Notes: generated by a model from the sequence alone, not told the origin. A DNA stretch of 61,931 nucleotides, filler included, from Sluysia triapertura (GCA_046118255.1; 4 parts of 4 records of this genome joined end to end with filler, not necessarily neighbours in it), one strand, 5' to 3'; positions 1 to 13,598 are shown, counted from the first letter of the whole stretch. Numbers and translations: made by a program.

Positions 1-998
1 GTATTTATTAATGAATATAAGGATTTTGATCCAGGCGAATGCGTGGATTTTAAATTGAAAATAAGCTTAACTTGGATTTTGATGCAAGTTATTTATGCAG
101 ATCTTAACAGTATTAAGCTTACTTTTTGTTACTTATTATAGTAGAATTCCATTGAATAAGTAATCCGATGGCTAGTTGAAATTAAAAGTTTGACTGCTTG
201 ATTTCTCTTCGAAGAAACTTGAGTATAATGATCAAATCTTAAATTCAATTCTACGACAAATTTCAAGAAAATCTTTTGTTCAGCGATTCTGTTACCACGT
301 TTTATATTTATATAAGAACTGCTTTTATGGAATTTTTGATTATTATTTGTGCGTCATTCTTTGGTCTTTATATATGATTACAATACATCAATTACTAATT
401 ACAATAATAGATTTATAAATAATTAATTTGCATAAATAATAGAATAGGTTTTCATATAGATAAATAATATTTATAAAAATCAATTATTATTATAAATATT
501 ATTTACATCAAACATTTTATTCAATACTTAAATTTTATTTACAATATTTACAATAATTTCAAATTAAAGTTTAATGTGCGATGTTTTATGATATTTATAC
601 CAAGTATTATTTACAAAATTTAATTTACAGCGAAATTATAACGAAATGATATTATTTACAGGTGTAATCTTGGATACTCTTATAGTGTCCGTAATTTTTA
701 ACTTAAATTTAACGCATTTATAATGTTCACACTGAGAATTTTTATGCAACGTACGTAATTTCAATTAAAACAGAAAACTTTTATGTACTTCGTAAATTTT
801 AACATTTTAACTGAAGGTTTCTTACAATGTTCGCAATCTTAATTTTATCTGCAAACTTTTAAAAAATTTTTATTAATTATATTATAACTTTAATTAAACG
901 ATCTGGAACTATTCGTCATTTTAATATTTTTAACAATAAAATAACAAACTCGAATTAATTAAATTTATTAAGTATAAGAGTATAATACAATTAAGATA

Positions 999-1406
999 CT
1001 AATAAGAAGTATAATAGTAGTCATAAAAATGATTAACATATTTATCGTTACACATTGATGTTTCAGAAAAGTAGTGCACATGCGCATTTCCACATTTAAT
1101 GCATGGATAATTCATAAACACAATAACTCCAGCCATACGTTTGATATTAACCCAATCCATAACAATTGATTCGTCAAGAAAAACTTCCAGTGGTAGTATG
1201 AAAAATTTTTGTTCCTCTGACAATTGGGACGTTTTAAAAAGCATTTCGAATTTGGAATGTATTACAATTACAGAACCTCTGCTTTTATTCACGGTTAATT
1301 TATAAAAACAAATAGAAAATGCTGAACTAGGTATTTCCAAAAATGCATAGCCACCAATATATTTGAAAGCATACGACATTATAAGTATGACAATTACTGT
1401 TGTCAT
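999..1406 (-). CDS. Hypothetical 135-aa protein, possibly secreted
   Basis: Uninterrupted ATG-to-stop ORF in very AT-rich DNA; hydrophobic N-terminus (MTTVIVILIMSYAF); C-terminal CIKC..HVH..C cluster. No family recognised. Confidence 0.35.
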   Translation of the reverse strand: MTTVIVILIMSYAFKYIGGYAFLEIPSSAFSICFYKLTVNKSRGSVIVIHSKFEMLFKTSQLSEEQKFFILPLEVFLDESIVMDWVNIKRMAGVIVFMNYPCIKCGNAHVHYFSETSMCNDKYVNHFYDYYYTSY

Positions 1407-2379
1407 TACTTATATTGACAAAAATTATTAATAATGATTTTTATTTTGATATCATTTGAAAAAATTAAAACATATGCATATGCTTTTATTACTAAATTTC
1501 AAAATATGAATATAATATATACATAATTCTATTACACATAATCGTATTGTTGCTCTTCCAATTTTTTTTCAAGTAAAATTAGTTGAAATATATAAAAAAA
1601 TGTTTCATCATATAATCGATCTTGAAATCGCCGACGCATTACTATACGACCAACAAACTTAACAGTTTTCATTGTATTATCAATAGCCAGTTCTAGTAAA
1701 ATAATGAAAATAATAATGATATGAGTTATAATTAATACTAAATTTATGAATTTTATGTAAAATAATCGAATTATTTATATTACTAATTTCACACATTATT
1801 TCCACCACTTTGTAAACATAGTTGTACGGTATATGTAAATAATTCTGTTTCTTTGTATCTATCATACCATTTATTATTAATGTTAAGGTTGTGAAATACT
1901 CATCTCGTATATAACCATCGTGAGTACATTGTACAATACTGCCTGCTGTGTTTAAATGTAAAAAGAAACATATTTTGTTGGTGATTTTCGAATACTAAAT
2001 GATATTTTTCGAGTATACAAATTCAATAAATCGAATATCAATAGACAGATCATTGTGTAAATCGAATCAGAAATTTGATCAATGAACGCTACATGTTTAA
2101 CTATTTTCAAATCAAATGTGCCAGATACTTGTATTATTTGTAAATCAATATAATAATAAAACGTATAAACATTACAACTTAAATTATCGTTATATTTAAA
2201 GATATTGTATTGTTTGTTCCAATCAAAGTTCATGTAATTTGTGCAGCAAAACATTTTAGTAATAAGTGAAAATAAAAAATATTTCTTTTGATCAAAATTA
2301 CATGACAATTAGTGTTAATTATAACCATTTTATTGTACACAACAGCTAAGTTATGACTACTGTTAATAAGAAATGGATT

Positions 2380-2586
2380 AGTTTTATCGGCCGCACTTGG
2401 GTATGCAATTACATCTTTAACACCTTCTATAACACGACTCATTTCAATATATATATTTCTTCTTTGGTTTTATTCTTTGGTATTCCGCCAACAAATAAAC
2501 GACAGTTGTCAACACTTAAACAAACACCTAATGGTTTTTCTGGACGTATATCATAACTATTTAATTCTGCTACAGCACGTTTTGTA
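2380..2586 (-). pseudogene. Fragment of an RBM47/A1CF/RBM46 (hnRNP R/Q-related) RRM gene, frameshifted
   Basis: Reads [44 protein letters not shown] / [22 protein letters not shown], matching the RRM1-RRM2 junction of this family ([30 protein letters not shown]). An extra AT in an (AT)n tract near 2448-2456 breaks the frame; similarity stops before the expected NRGFAFVEY. Confidence 0.85.
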
Positions 2587-3469
2587 TTTCGAAAATTACT
2601 TTCTCCAGATGGTACAAACTGACTTTGTTCAAAACTGGTGAAATGTGCATCGATGGATCTTGCTTATAGAAAAGTACAAATTTTCCGGTAACGCAGTCAG
2701 ATATATCGCATAGTATAAAAAAAGAAGGAAATATTGATAATAAAATGAACGAAAGAAATAGTAGGAATACGAAATAATAATAATGATAACAATTATGTGG
2801 TTATTATGTTTATTAATGCAGAATCATTGAGATTTATTATGAAATTTTATCATGAAAATTATTATAAAAGTTATTATTTGATATTTATATTATATAACAA
2901 TAATGACTATAATTGTTACACATATTTTAATATGATATGAATCGTAATAATAATAACGATAGTTCATGATAGTTAGATGTGATGGTCGTGTTTATTTTTA
3001 AATGAGTTTAGTAGTTTGTTTAATAGTTTGTGTATATGTGGAGTGTTTTTATGCGATGAAATGTGATGGATTTGATGTGATGAATTATGATGAATTTTAA
3101 TTTTGATATTTGCAACGTAATTTTTTAAAAAAATTGTTTAACAACAAAAAAATATTAATCTATATGTTGTTTAAATGTATTAAAAAACTGTTACCAAGGA
3201 AAACTTTTAAAATGCTAAAACGTTTTAAAATTCAAAAATTATAATTCAAAGTTTAGTTTATGAATGGTTTTAAAAACCAATACATGTTTAGATTAGTTAA
3301 ATTCTAATTGTTTACCTGATACTACATACGCATTCGGATATTTCAATAAATAAGTTAACGTTTTTAATCATAAACCATAATATAAATATATTAAAAAATT
3401 AAGGTTAAAAATAAAACACCAAAAATAATTTCATTTACTATACTGCTTCGTCCATAATACATGCATAAC

Positions 3470-3715
3470 TATATTATATTTCCTCATATTTCAGTGATTA
3501 ATTTTATTTATTCTTCTGCGTAAATTAATATATGTATTTCTTGAAAGTGGTTATTCGACATCATTCGTGATTCCTTATCAAATTGGAAACGAACACTTTT
3601 ATCTTTATCTATTTTTAATCCATTATATTGTCAAAAGTCACCGTATTGTTGATAGTTTAATCCATAAAGCAATTTCTTGTTTTTAAAATTCTTTAAAATC
3701 ATATTTAGTCGATTT
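3470..3715 (-). mobile_element. Possible degraded Polinton/adintovirus-type capsid C-terminus
   Basis: Broken frames KEF*KQEIALWIKLST.. NGLKIDKDKSVRFQFDKE..EIHILIYAE resemble the ALWIDLR..HG.G..I......L.I.K..IF..DA capsid C-terminal pattern. Recognised from memory only. Confidence 0.35.
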
Positions 3716-5568
3716 TTTAATTTTTATATTTTTATATCTTCTAAGTTATAAAACTTTATTTATTACATTTGATATTTTTATTAGTTAGGTTAGATATAAT
3801 ATCTGTCGATTTAATACCTCTAATAAACTTTTTAAATCAATATGAAAAGTAAAAATCGGTTAAGTAGTTACCCACTGGGAAAAGCTTTTAATGATTTTAT
3901 ATTCGAGTTGAATATTTATCTAAAGCTCAATAAAAATGAATCAGAAAGTGCACAATAATGCATGAACGTAACATAATTAGTCATTATTTAATTTGTGTCA
4001 CCATGGGCTTCTACGAATACTTAGATAATTACATATTACAAATATAGCGAATGAATAAATATTTAGTTCACAAATACAACATGCTGTAATACCAAACTGA
4101 TTGCATAATATAAATTTTTGTCACATTACTTTCAGGAAAATAAATTACATGTTAACACATTGAATGCCACGCTAATTGTACATGGCTTGCTCGTCTGGCC
4201 AAAATGAATTTCTCAGTATGTGTTTCTATTAATCTTGGCTTCGCCGGTTACCGATGAACACCATGACATTCAACGTGTTGAATGACAATATAACCATCAC
4301 TATTTATTCAGGTGACGAAAAAAATTTTGTGTTTTTTCTACTAAACGATGACTAATTATGAATTAGCCGATCTTGACTAATAAATAGTTATCTCAGTCAA
4401 TAATGACGAGTAATCGAGTAACTAATCAAGTAGATTTTACTTTACTTTGAATAATGTTGGTTGTAACTTGGTTCAATTTGTAGGTAATGCAAATGCTGTT
4501 GTAGATTTCTCGAATTCTATTTAGTGTTTTAAGATACTAACCAAGAAGAAATAGTGTGAGTTCGTTGGTACAGACCCAGTACCAAGAAAGATGTTATAGA
4601 ATTCAATTTTATAAATCTTTCCATAGTTAAAGAATATTGAATGATGTTATGTATCCATCTGATCTAAGTGTGATAACTTGATGCGAAAAATTGTATTTCT
4701 TTAGCTTACTGTGTAGAAGAATCATAAAATTCTTGCAAGAATTTGGAGACTATTTGAATTGTTAGAATTTTATTAAAGAAAATGTTGAGAAATTTACCTT
4801 TTGAATCTATATTTTAATTTAATTAAAAGTTATTTTATTAGGGTTTTGAGCGGAATTATTAAAGACACAAGATAAATCACAGAATAATTAATGAATCGAA
4901 ATATTTTTGAGCATCAAAAGTTGATAAAATGTTTTTGAAAAATTATACTAAATGACCTATCAACTTAATCAAACTATTTATTTTTATTTATTTTCATTAA
5001 ATAACTATTTTTAATCTTATTAAAGCTAAAAAGATGTTTCACTAAATACTGAAAAGAAATGGTTTTATAATTTTTACAATTAAAAACCAATCATTTTATT
5101 TCTTCAGTTTTATAAATAAATATTATAAATCTTTTAGAAATATATTAATCGATTTCTAAAAATTAAAATATTTAACTATTTCTTAATTTTATTTGATTTA
5201 TATATAATGAAAATTTATAGAATTATTATTTATAATTTTATTATAAAATATTACAATGAATTAACAAGTGAATAAATATTATATTATAATATTACAATAA
5301 CTATATTATCATATTTATAAGCACAAGTTCTATAATCTATTTTTATCTGATCAATAAATAGTGATAATAAATACTTTATTAATATTAGAAAATATTAAAA
5401 ATAATACTTTAGTGTTCTAATAAAAATTCATATTGCAATAAATAAATAAATAAAAATTTTATTTTATTGTCCTCAAGAAAATGATATAGAATAATTAATA
5501 GGACTTATGTGGTGAAGTTTTGTTTCAATAACACTGATGGCAAGATTTGAGTTAGTTGTTATATATTT

Positions 5569-5718
5569 TCAGTTATTATTAGAATTTTCCATTGCATCCA
5601 TTATTTCTGAACATAAATATTTAACTAAAATTATCCATGCAATTTCTGTGTTATTATCCCACAAATTATGTTTTTCTAGTCTTGGTTGTATTGTTCGAAG
5701 AAATCTTTCTCCAATGTA
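5569..5718 (-). CDS. Globin terminal exon (G7 to end, helices G and H), globin-X-like
   Basis: Acceptor tttcatttgcag then YIGERFLRTIQPRLEKHNLWDNNTEIAWIILVKYLCSEIMDAMENSNNN-stop (49 aa). Starts in phase 0 at the canonical globin G7.0 intron position, has the H-helix AW motif, and resembles GbX YVGAEFICAVQPIL...EEAW. Too short for the ORF track. Confidence 0.75.
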   Translation of the reverse strand, partial: YIGERFLRTIQPRLEKHNLWDNNTEIAWIILVKYLCSEIMDAMENSNNN

Positions 5719-7789
5719 CTGCAAATGAAATATAAATAGTTATTAATTGATAAATTTTAACTTCAGATAATAAAACATTTTACATTTTTTTACATTTTAC
5801 ATTTGTTATTATTTGTATTTAAAGCTTCTAAATGTTTAAAGGATATAATTACAAATAATTAAATTTATTTAATGTTAAACCTATTCTCAGTTATTAATTT
5901 TAATTTTATCTTTTTTTAAATAAATAGTAAATAAATTATTTTACACAATCTACAAAATAATAAAGAAATGATATTAAAATAATTATCCTTATTTATATTA
6001 TTTATTATAACATTTTTTTTAATTCAATTTTTGTAATTGCTTCCTGATGCTTGTGTATCAATTACGGTTTTAAATGTTATTTGTTTTTAAAACATTTCTT
6101 TGCTTAATTATTTGAATGTCATGTTAGATATTTAATTTAAAATTATTCCAGTTAAAGTTAACAACTTATTATTTTCATTTTACAAATAATAAGTTTTTAG
6201 TCAATTTATTTATTATTGAAATCATAACGTTTACAAATAAATGAAATACTCAGTGGCAAACAACATAAAAATTCTAACTACAATATTTAAAGGTCTTTAA
6301 AGTCTCTAATATATGCTTTAATGCTCAAACACATAATTCTTTCATTAATGTTTTGATTATCATTTTAACATAAAGTTTCTGTGCATCTGATCAAGTTTAT
6401 TCCATCTGTTCTTTCTTGGTTTAGCATTAGGACAATTCCAACAGTTATATGAATAAATATTTACTAATTATTTAATATTTCTAACAAAATAATTGTATAT
6501 GATGTTTCTTCGAATAAATTTAGTATTAAGTTATGTACAACAATATTTACACCATTAATAGTGTCAAAAGTTATTTTAGAAATAAATTCCACATCTTACG
6601 TTTTATTTTCTGTAATAATCTGCATCAAATATAAGTAGATAAATCAATTTTTGCTACTCGTAGTTTGCGAAAGCTTATAAACAGATCTAAAAAAATAACA
6701 GAAGGTTTCACTTACACTTTCACAGTTGGATTTTTATTTGATACCGATTTATAAAGTTAGTAACATTTATGTAATTTTAAATTTTGCAGCTATAATTAAC
6801 TGCAAATATGTTTGCTTACCACACAATCTACAATTTCATTCTTGACAAAACATACAATCACGCATTATACAAAATATCCAAACAATCAATTAAAACCTAA
6901 AAACATTGCACAGACCTTACAACTTCTCATTCCAAATTCTCTACACATTACTTACACACAATGTCACATTAGTTTTATGAATTCCTTTTCAATCAAACAA
7001 TTCGGAACACTTATATCAGTACAATACAAACAGTAAATAATACAAATTCATAGTTTACAATCAGCAAAATCAGAACTTAGACAAAATAAACATATTTCAC
7101 TTTAATTTCATCTCTAGCAGTGTTACAAAATTCAGAATGGAAGCCACTTCACATACACATTCAAAATTATATGTTATCAGTTAATTCAAGTAGTTACAGA
7201 TTTCAAACTTTATATTTTGAGAACTCATTTCTATTATATCTTAAAGTTATCTATCTTTAACTGTCCCTAACAATCAATATTCATCAGTTTTAAATCAGTT
7301 TTAACATAAAATCAAGACTTAAATTCAAGGATAAAGATATTTTTAAGTTTTATAGAAAAATACGGATTAAGATGATACTTATAATTCGTTAAAATGAGGT
7401 ATAGTAAGATCTTTAACATTCTTAATATTGCTGCATTAGAAATAACTTAACTTTATCCTTAATATAACTTAAGTTTACTTTTGGAATCTTGCATTAATCA
7501 TAGTAAATAATTCAAAAATTAATAATTTTCATTTAATGGATCATTATCTAAATAAGCATAATTATATTGACAATAAAATACAAATAAAAATGAAATTTAA
7601 TACTTTAAAATTCAATAATGATAAATAAAGCTTGGTATTTCAATTGAATCAATATAAATATCATTTTACTAAAAATTATTTTTGTAAAGTCGTTACCGAA
7701 TTCATCAATACAATTAAATGTGAAATGGAATGCTTTCAAAAAAATAAAATTTAGAAAATACTAAAATGTTTTTACAATTTAAAGATTAT

Positions 7790-10560
7790 CATGGTGCATT
7801 TATTTTGCGTGAGATTTATCAGCATGTTTAGGATTTGATTAAAGAATTGTATATGTAGCAAGTAACTCTCCTTCTTTATTGAATACAGCTCTAAGTCACG
7901 TAAATTTACTTAGATTTAACTGAAAAGATTTATAATGGACACAAAAAAGTACTATTATTGAATAAATTTGGTTAGAAAATGGTAAAGAACATGATGCACT
8001 TACTGTAAATATAAAAAAATCCGACTTATTTACCTATATCATCATCTATAAATATTACAGGAATTAATATTCGTTATGATCTTTCATACTGAAGTAAAAC
8101 AAGTTTAACTATTCATTTACGAAAAATACAATGATTCCTGAAATTACTAACGATTATAGTCAACCGCAAATGAGTGTTGAATTATCATATTTTCTTAGAA
8201 AATAATAAGGTAATGGTTGGTTAAGAATACTCGGAAGACTAAATTTTCTTTAATTAAGCGATTTGGATGACTTTTTGGCATAACTGTGGAAGATGTATTA
8301 GTTAACGAAGGACCAATAATTGAATCTATGAAAAAATGCTATAAACAAAGCAAAAGAGGCACTACTGGTAGTTAAAAAATTTACTGGAAGCGGTTTAATT
8401 TTCCCTAATGAACAGAAAAAAACGAAAAATAAGTAGAACTACATTTAATGATAAATGAGTTATGTAAAACTGAATTATGTATTTTTGATTGTTTTCCTGA
8501 AATTTTTATACCAAATGCAGCTTTTGAAGAGATGTATCTATTAACGTAACAAATAATAATGATGGGGACATAGAAAATAAAATACAGGCATCAGAAACTC
8601 ATTGCCTTCGTTTGAATGATATATTATTATTTGCTGAAATTTCCAAAATTAGATGGTACAGATTTATCTGATAAAGAAGATGCTTGAGTAATTAATTACA
8701 TGTTTCATGTGTTATGGAAAGATGTGATTTTGTCATTTAATAATACTCAAATTTAAAATAGAATTTTCGTTATGCACAAAATATTCTAAATTATAGTCAT
8801 GATAGCAACTGGCTACGATTCAAATAAAAGTTATAAAATACAATGGATTGAATAATCAAAAAAGTTTGCAGTTTGAATTTTTTCAATCAACTAAAATATT
8901 TGATTCTATGTGTAAATTTTTATTTGAAATTTGAAAAAATAAATCAAGCTTTTGCCTTAGTGCAGGCACTGGTTGTTATGAAGTTGTTTCGACAGATGCA
9001 AAAATATATAAGACGAGTTAAAGTTGAGTCATATATCTTAGATAGATATCACTTAGGTCTACAAAATCAAAAGCAATTTGTCCAATTCGTCAAGCAAAAC
9101 TTTTAATTTATAGTATTTATAGAATTTCATAACATTTTTGGAGATTCACGATTATGGAAATTTGTTTTTGTTACACTTAAAAACACAAATACAATTAATG
9201 GAACTATTAAAAAAGATGCATCAAGTTTTGTAAATAGTAATGTCGAATCATTTAGTTTAAGTCAACATAGAGACAATAGATAAACATATACAATGAATTT
9301 TGATATGTACATGTATATATGTATATATCAATTATTAGAAACTTAGGATATCTTAATAAAAATATAAGCAATAGAATAGGAATGACTTATTTCGATCTAG
9401 AATAAACTTTCTTTATATATCTGATTTTGATATCAATAAAAAACAATTACCATGGGCAATTTGAAATTAGAAGTTAACTTTGTTAAAGGAAAGAAGAACC
9501 AACAAGTGTTATTGTTAGACTTCAATAAACGGACTGACCGGGAATCGAACCGAGACCTCTCGCTTCACAGCTGTGCGGTTCTATGCTCTTCAAACCATCA
9601 GCTCCATTTAAACAATTTTGTTTTATTATAGTCAATTATTCTTGTAGCACAACATTATGATTTATGGCTTAAGTAATAACGGTCTAATTACATTGTAAAT
9701 GAAGTACGTTTCTTAGTTTTTTATAATTTAAATAGAAATTAATCAAATAATGAAAATTAATCAAATTAATTTAAAATGAGTTTAAAGGTATATACCACTG
9801 GACAAAATTCCATCATATTTGAATGAAGGTAGTTACATTTTAAATACACATACAAGAAATTTAGATGGTGAATAGTGGCTTGCAATTTATGTGAAACTTG
9901 AATGTGTTTATGTATTTGATCCATTTGGTTTTTATCCAAATTCACTAGTTTATCAACTTATTCAAATTGGGAAACCCGTGTATTCAAATGATTCAAAAGG
10001 TACTAACAATATGTTGCGGATAATTATGTATTTTATGGGTGTATTATCAATATTTTTGCAAATAATTTGAATTAATATTGTCATTTTATTTGTATAAACA
10101 AAATTTTCCGCCCGAAAAAATATGATATGGATGTAGAAAGTTTTATTAATAATGAAAACAAATTATTAATTAAAGAATTATATATTATGAAAGTAGAAGA
10201 CTGGTTTGATCTAATTCATGTTAAATATTTATCATCAATTAAATGGTATGATTTGAACGAAAAAGCCAAAAAGTTCACAAGTATTTAATGTAACCATCAA
10301 TTAATATGGTATGAAAGGAATAAAACTTTTGCAGAGAGGGTACTAAATGAAATCAAATTCAAACATGATATTAAACAGATAGTATTTTATATATTTGGTG
10401 AATAAAAGTATATGCATGTGAAAGAGTTATTTCTAGAGTTGAAATTAGTTTTGTATAATATGACAACAAACTTAAAACCCAACCAAAAAATATCATGTAT
10501 ATATTTCGTCATCATAACAATGTTTGGCATTATGCCTTCATTATTTCATCAAAATAGTTT
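7790..10560 (+). mobile_element. Degraded Polinton/Maverick structural module: penton, core protein, major capsid, cysteine protease, downstream conserved ORF
   Basis: In order: penton-like C-terminus KTSLTIHLRK (~8095-8125); core-protein motif SYFLRK**GNGWLRILGRL (~8185-8245); MCP motifs KLDGTDLSDKEDA.VINYMFHVLWKDVILSFNNTQI (~8645-8755), NIFG..NGTIKKDASSF and GNLKLEVNF (~9455-9485); adenain-like LNTHTRNLDGE*WLAIYV..YVFDPFGFYP and CG*LCILW (~9840-10040); MDVESF..LIKELY ORF (~10128-10560). Many stops and frameshifts. Confidence 0.75.
9513..9614 (-). mobile_element. tRNA-derived short element, degraded copy
   Basis: Homologous to 58781-58879 (TGTTAGACTTC..GGACTGACCGGG.ATCGAACC..ATCAGC.CC); lies within the 3' end of the Polinton MCP remnant. 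Confidence 0.7.
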
Positions 10561-10726
10561 GTATATATTTTTTTATAATTGTATCAATAAATATTTGTGT
10601 ACTTTGTCTTTTAAATTATTATCAAAATTTATATTACTAAAGTTTGTAAATAAACTTCAATAAATTAAGTCATCAATATTTTAGTAGTCAAAATTATTTT
10701 AAAATCAAGTTTTATCAATGATATAT

Positions 10727-10858
10727 AAAAATAAGATAAAATTAAGAATATATAAATAAAAAATGTGATATTAATAAAAAAATCAATAAGATAAAATTAA
10801 GAAAATATATAAATAAAAAATGTGATATTAATAAAAAAATCAATAAGATAAAAATTAA
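10727..10858. repeat. Tandem repeat, ~55-bp unit, ~2.4 copies
   Basis: aataagataaaattaagaa..tatataaataaaaaatgtgatattaataaaaaaatc repeated directly. Confidence 0.9.
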
Positions 10859-11084
10859 CTAAATAAAGACGTTATTTGTAGTAACTTAACTGTTTCAGTT
10901 ATTACTTTATTTTTTCATTCAATGTTGAATACTGTATACGTATTAATGAAATTAATTCACAGGAAGACGGAAATAAAGAAAAAGTAATTTAATAATACAT
11001 GGGTTTAGAATGATATTTAAAAAGTTATTTAAGCAACAATTGCAAGTGTTTTATAGTAAAAATACTCTTATTCTTGCAAAATAA

Positions 11085-11700
11085 CTGAGTCAATTCGCCT
11101 AATACACACGGTTTATACCATTACCGGAGACGTGCTATTAGGATTTTACGAAAGAATCAAACTTAAATAAAGCTATATTAATCTTACTAATCCTAATGTT
11201 GATTTTAAATTCTCTTTACTTTATTGAAATTTAGTTATATTCCACTAGTTTTCCTAAGGTCTAGTTTCAAAATGATATAATAATTTTATAAAATTAGACT
11301 AGCCTTATTAAGGTCTAGTTTTGTAGGAAGTATTTTACTAGTAACAAATTAAAAACTACTTCTACTACTAACTTACATTCTATAACAGAAAAACACTAAA
11401 ACTTTTGTACGGTTTATAACAGTATAATAAATATTAAAAAAGTTTCTTTTTGAGGTTGAAAAATATTTTATTTTAAATTACACTAGCCAGTATTAAAACA
11501 TAAAAACTTTAAGTTAGAATTTGTATTTCTCTTATAAGATGAAATAAAAACTCAAGTAAGATAAATTACTTGTTCGACATGGAATAAATTTAATCTTCTG
11601 TTGTTGGAGATGTAAAATATTTTTTTGTTCTGTTGATTATTAAAAATTTTCCTAAATTTACATTATTTTTCTATTTCCATTTTACCTCTTTGTGGAATTG
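11085..11700 (+). repeat. Dispersed repeat with ACTAG-CCTTATTAAGG-T-CTAGT hairpins (related to 55815-56480)
   Basis: Shares actagccttattaaggtcta, an upstream taata...ctattag stem-loop and downstream aaattactt..catggaat and tatttccat blocks, in the same order, with the 56-kb copy. Confidence 0.65.
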
Positions 11701-12849
11701 ATTGATTTGAACAAAATTATTAAATTAATTAAATTAAAAAAATATTACAATTTATTTAGAATTTTAAATTTAAAACCAAAATGTTAAAATTTATTATTTC
11801 ATAATTTAAAATTAAATATTAAAATTTATTTTATTTTATTTTATTTTTTATTTTGATTTTCTTCAAATTTTATTTTGTGATTTATAATTAAAATTTATTA
11901 TAATACAAATAATTATTTTAATTAAAAATATACTTAAAAATCATAAAATATAAATCGTACAAAATGTAATTTATACGAAACATAAATCACACAAAAAATA
12001 TAATTTGATAATTTGCATCTTGACATAATAATTTAGTAATAATAGCTTTTACAGACGTTTAAGATTTGTGATTATGCATTAAAGATATGAAGACAATTGT
12101 CTATTATTTTTTTAATGTATTCATAGTCTAAAATATATAGATTTTGTGATGTTGATGATTTTCTTTTATTATATAGTAATATTTGATAACCGTTAGCAAC
12201 AACATCATTACAAGACTATGTTGGTATTAAGTGAAGATGGAGATTTCTTCGAAGATTCGCATCATTCTTCAATAGTGCAATCGCTGCAAGATTTGGTATA
12301 TATTAGAGTTTGTAAGCTGCTATTAAACACAGAACCTTCGCAAGCATAATTATTATAACCATGGAACCATATGGGTATGTAATATATAATATTATATATA
12401 TCACATTCTTAAATAAATTACATAAGTATGGTTGGTTGTTAGATTAAGTGATAGAAGATCATAACAGGTGCGGTAGTGATAGGCGACTCATTTTTCTGAT
12501 TAACCTTTGACTACTTAAAATAAAACCCGTGCAAATACATACATATTTAAATACAGTAAGTTCCACACACTTTCATATACAATAAATATCATATAAACCA
12601 AAAATTAAAAAATCCTTTCCAATTAATTAACATCAAATCTGAATTAAATATAATACTCACTCTAAAATAAAACAATTAACCAATCATAATGATTTATAAT
12701 AATTCAAATTAAGCACGCACGAGTAAACCATATCCATTCCCTGTAAGTGTGGCTTGGTTGAGCGCTGACCTTGTATAAAATGAACATAAATCCTACTATT
12801 TTTATAACATATTTTAAAATTAATTGAAATACTAATACTAATAAAATTA

Positions 12850-13010
12850 TTTTCGACAGAGAACAAAGATTTGGAACAGATTCCCGAAATGAAAGATCTA
12901 GGTAATGATCAACCAATGCGATTAATCGTCTCACTCCTTTATTGTTTAGGCAGACTTGAAATGTTCAAATAACTTTTCCCGCGACAATATACTTACTATT
13001 ATTATGAGTC
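12850..13010 (-). mobile_element. Possible Ty3/gypsy pol (RT thumb) remnant
   Basis: ISSLPK/TIKGVRRLIALVDHY resembles the P.T.K.VR.FLGL..YY motif; frameshifted. Confidence 0.35.
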
Positions 13011-13598
13011 TCCCTCAAGGGGTAAAAGTTGCCTTCAATTATAAGAATGAGGTAAAAAAATATAAAATTACATCAATTTAATGCCACTAGCTATTTATCA
13101 ATCCGCAAAAGTAATAAATATCGAAAAAAGGTCCATGAGTAAATCAGATCCTGAATTGGAATACTCCTAGATTGAATTTAAGCAGATACCTAAAAACGAA
13201 GTACGTGAACTCCAATTAAAGCACTTAGGGCAAATACAAAATAATAAAAATGGCATTTTTTAACAAGACCATTTTCATTGTATATTTATCTTTTTATATT
13301 TTTGTCCTGTTTTATGTATACCTTCATGAATATTATTTTTCAAAGTTAAAATGGGAGATCGTACCTGTGGTGAGCTCAAAAACACTCTAATCACAAATAC
13401 AATCAAAGGCAAACATCAACACACCCAACACAATTCTTATAAATTAACTTTTAAGTACTGTCACAAAATATTAAATCTACAAACAAAATACATAATACAA
13501 ACAGAATTTTTATAAAACTATACATTTTAACAATCACATAGTCTTACAATCATACTTGTTTAAATTTTATTACCAAAATTATTGTCAATAATATTGTT

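Noticed and set aside
11244-11319. CRISPR-like array of palindromic repeats
   Set aside because: Only 2-3 copies per locus, irregular spacing, eukaryotic context and no cas genes.
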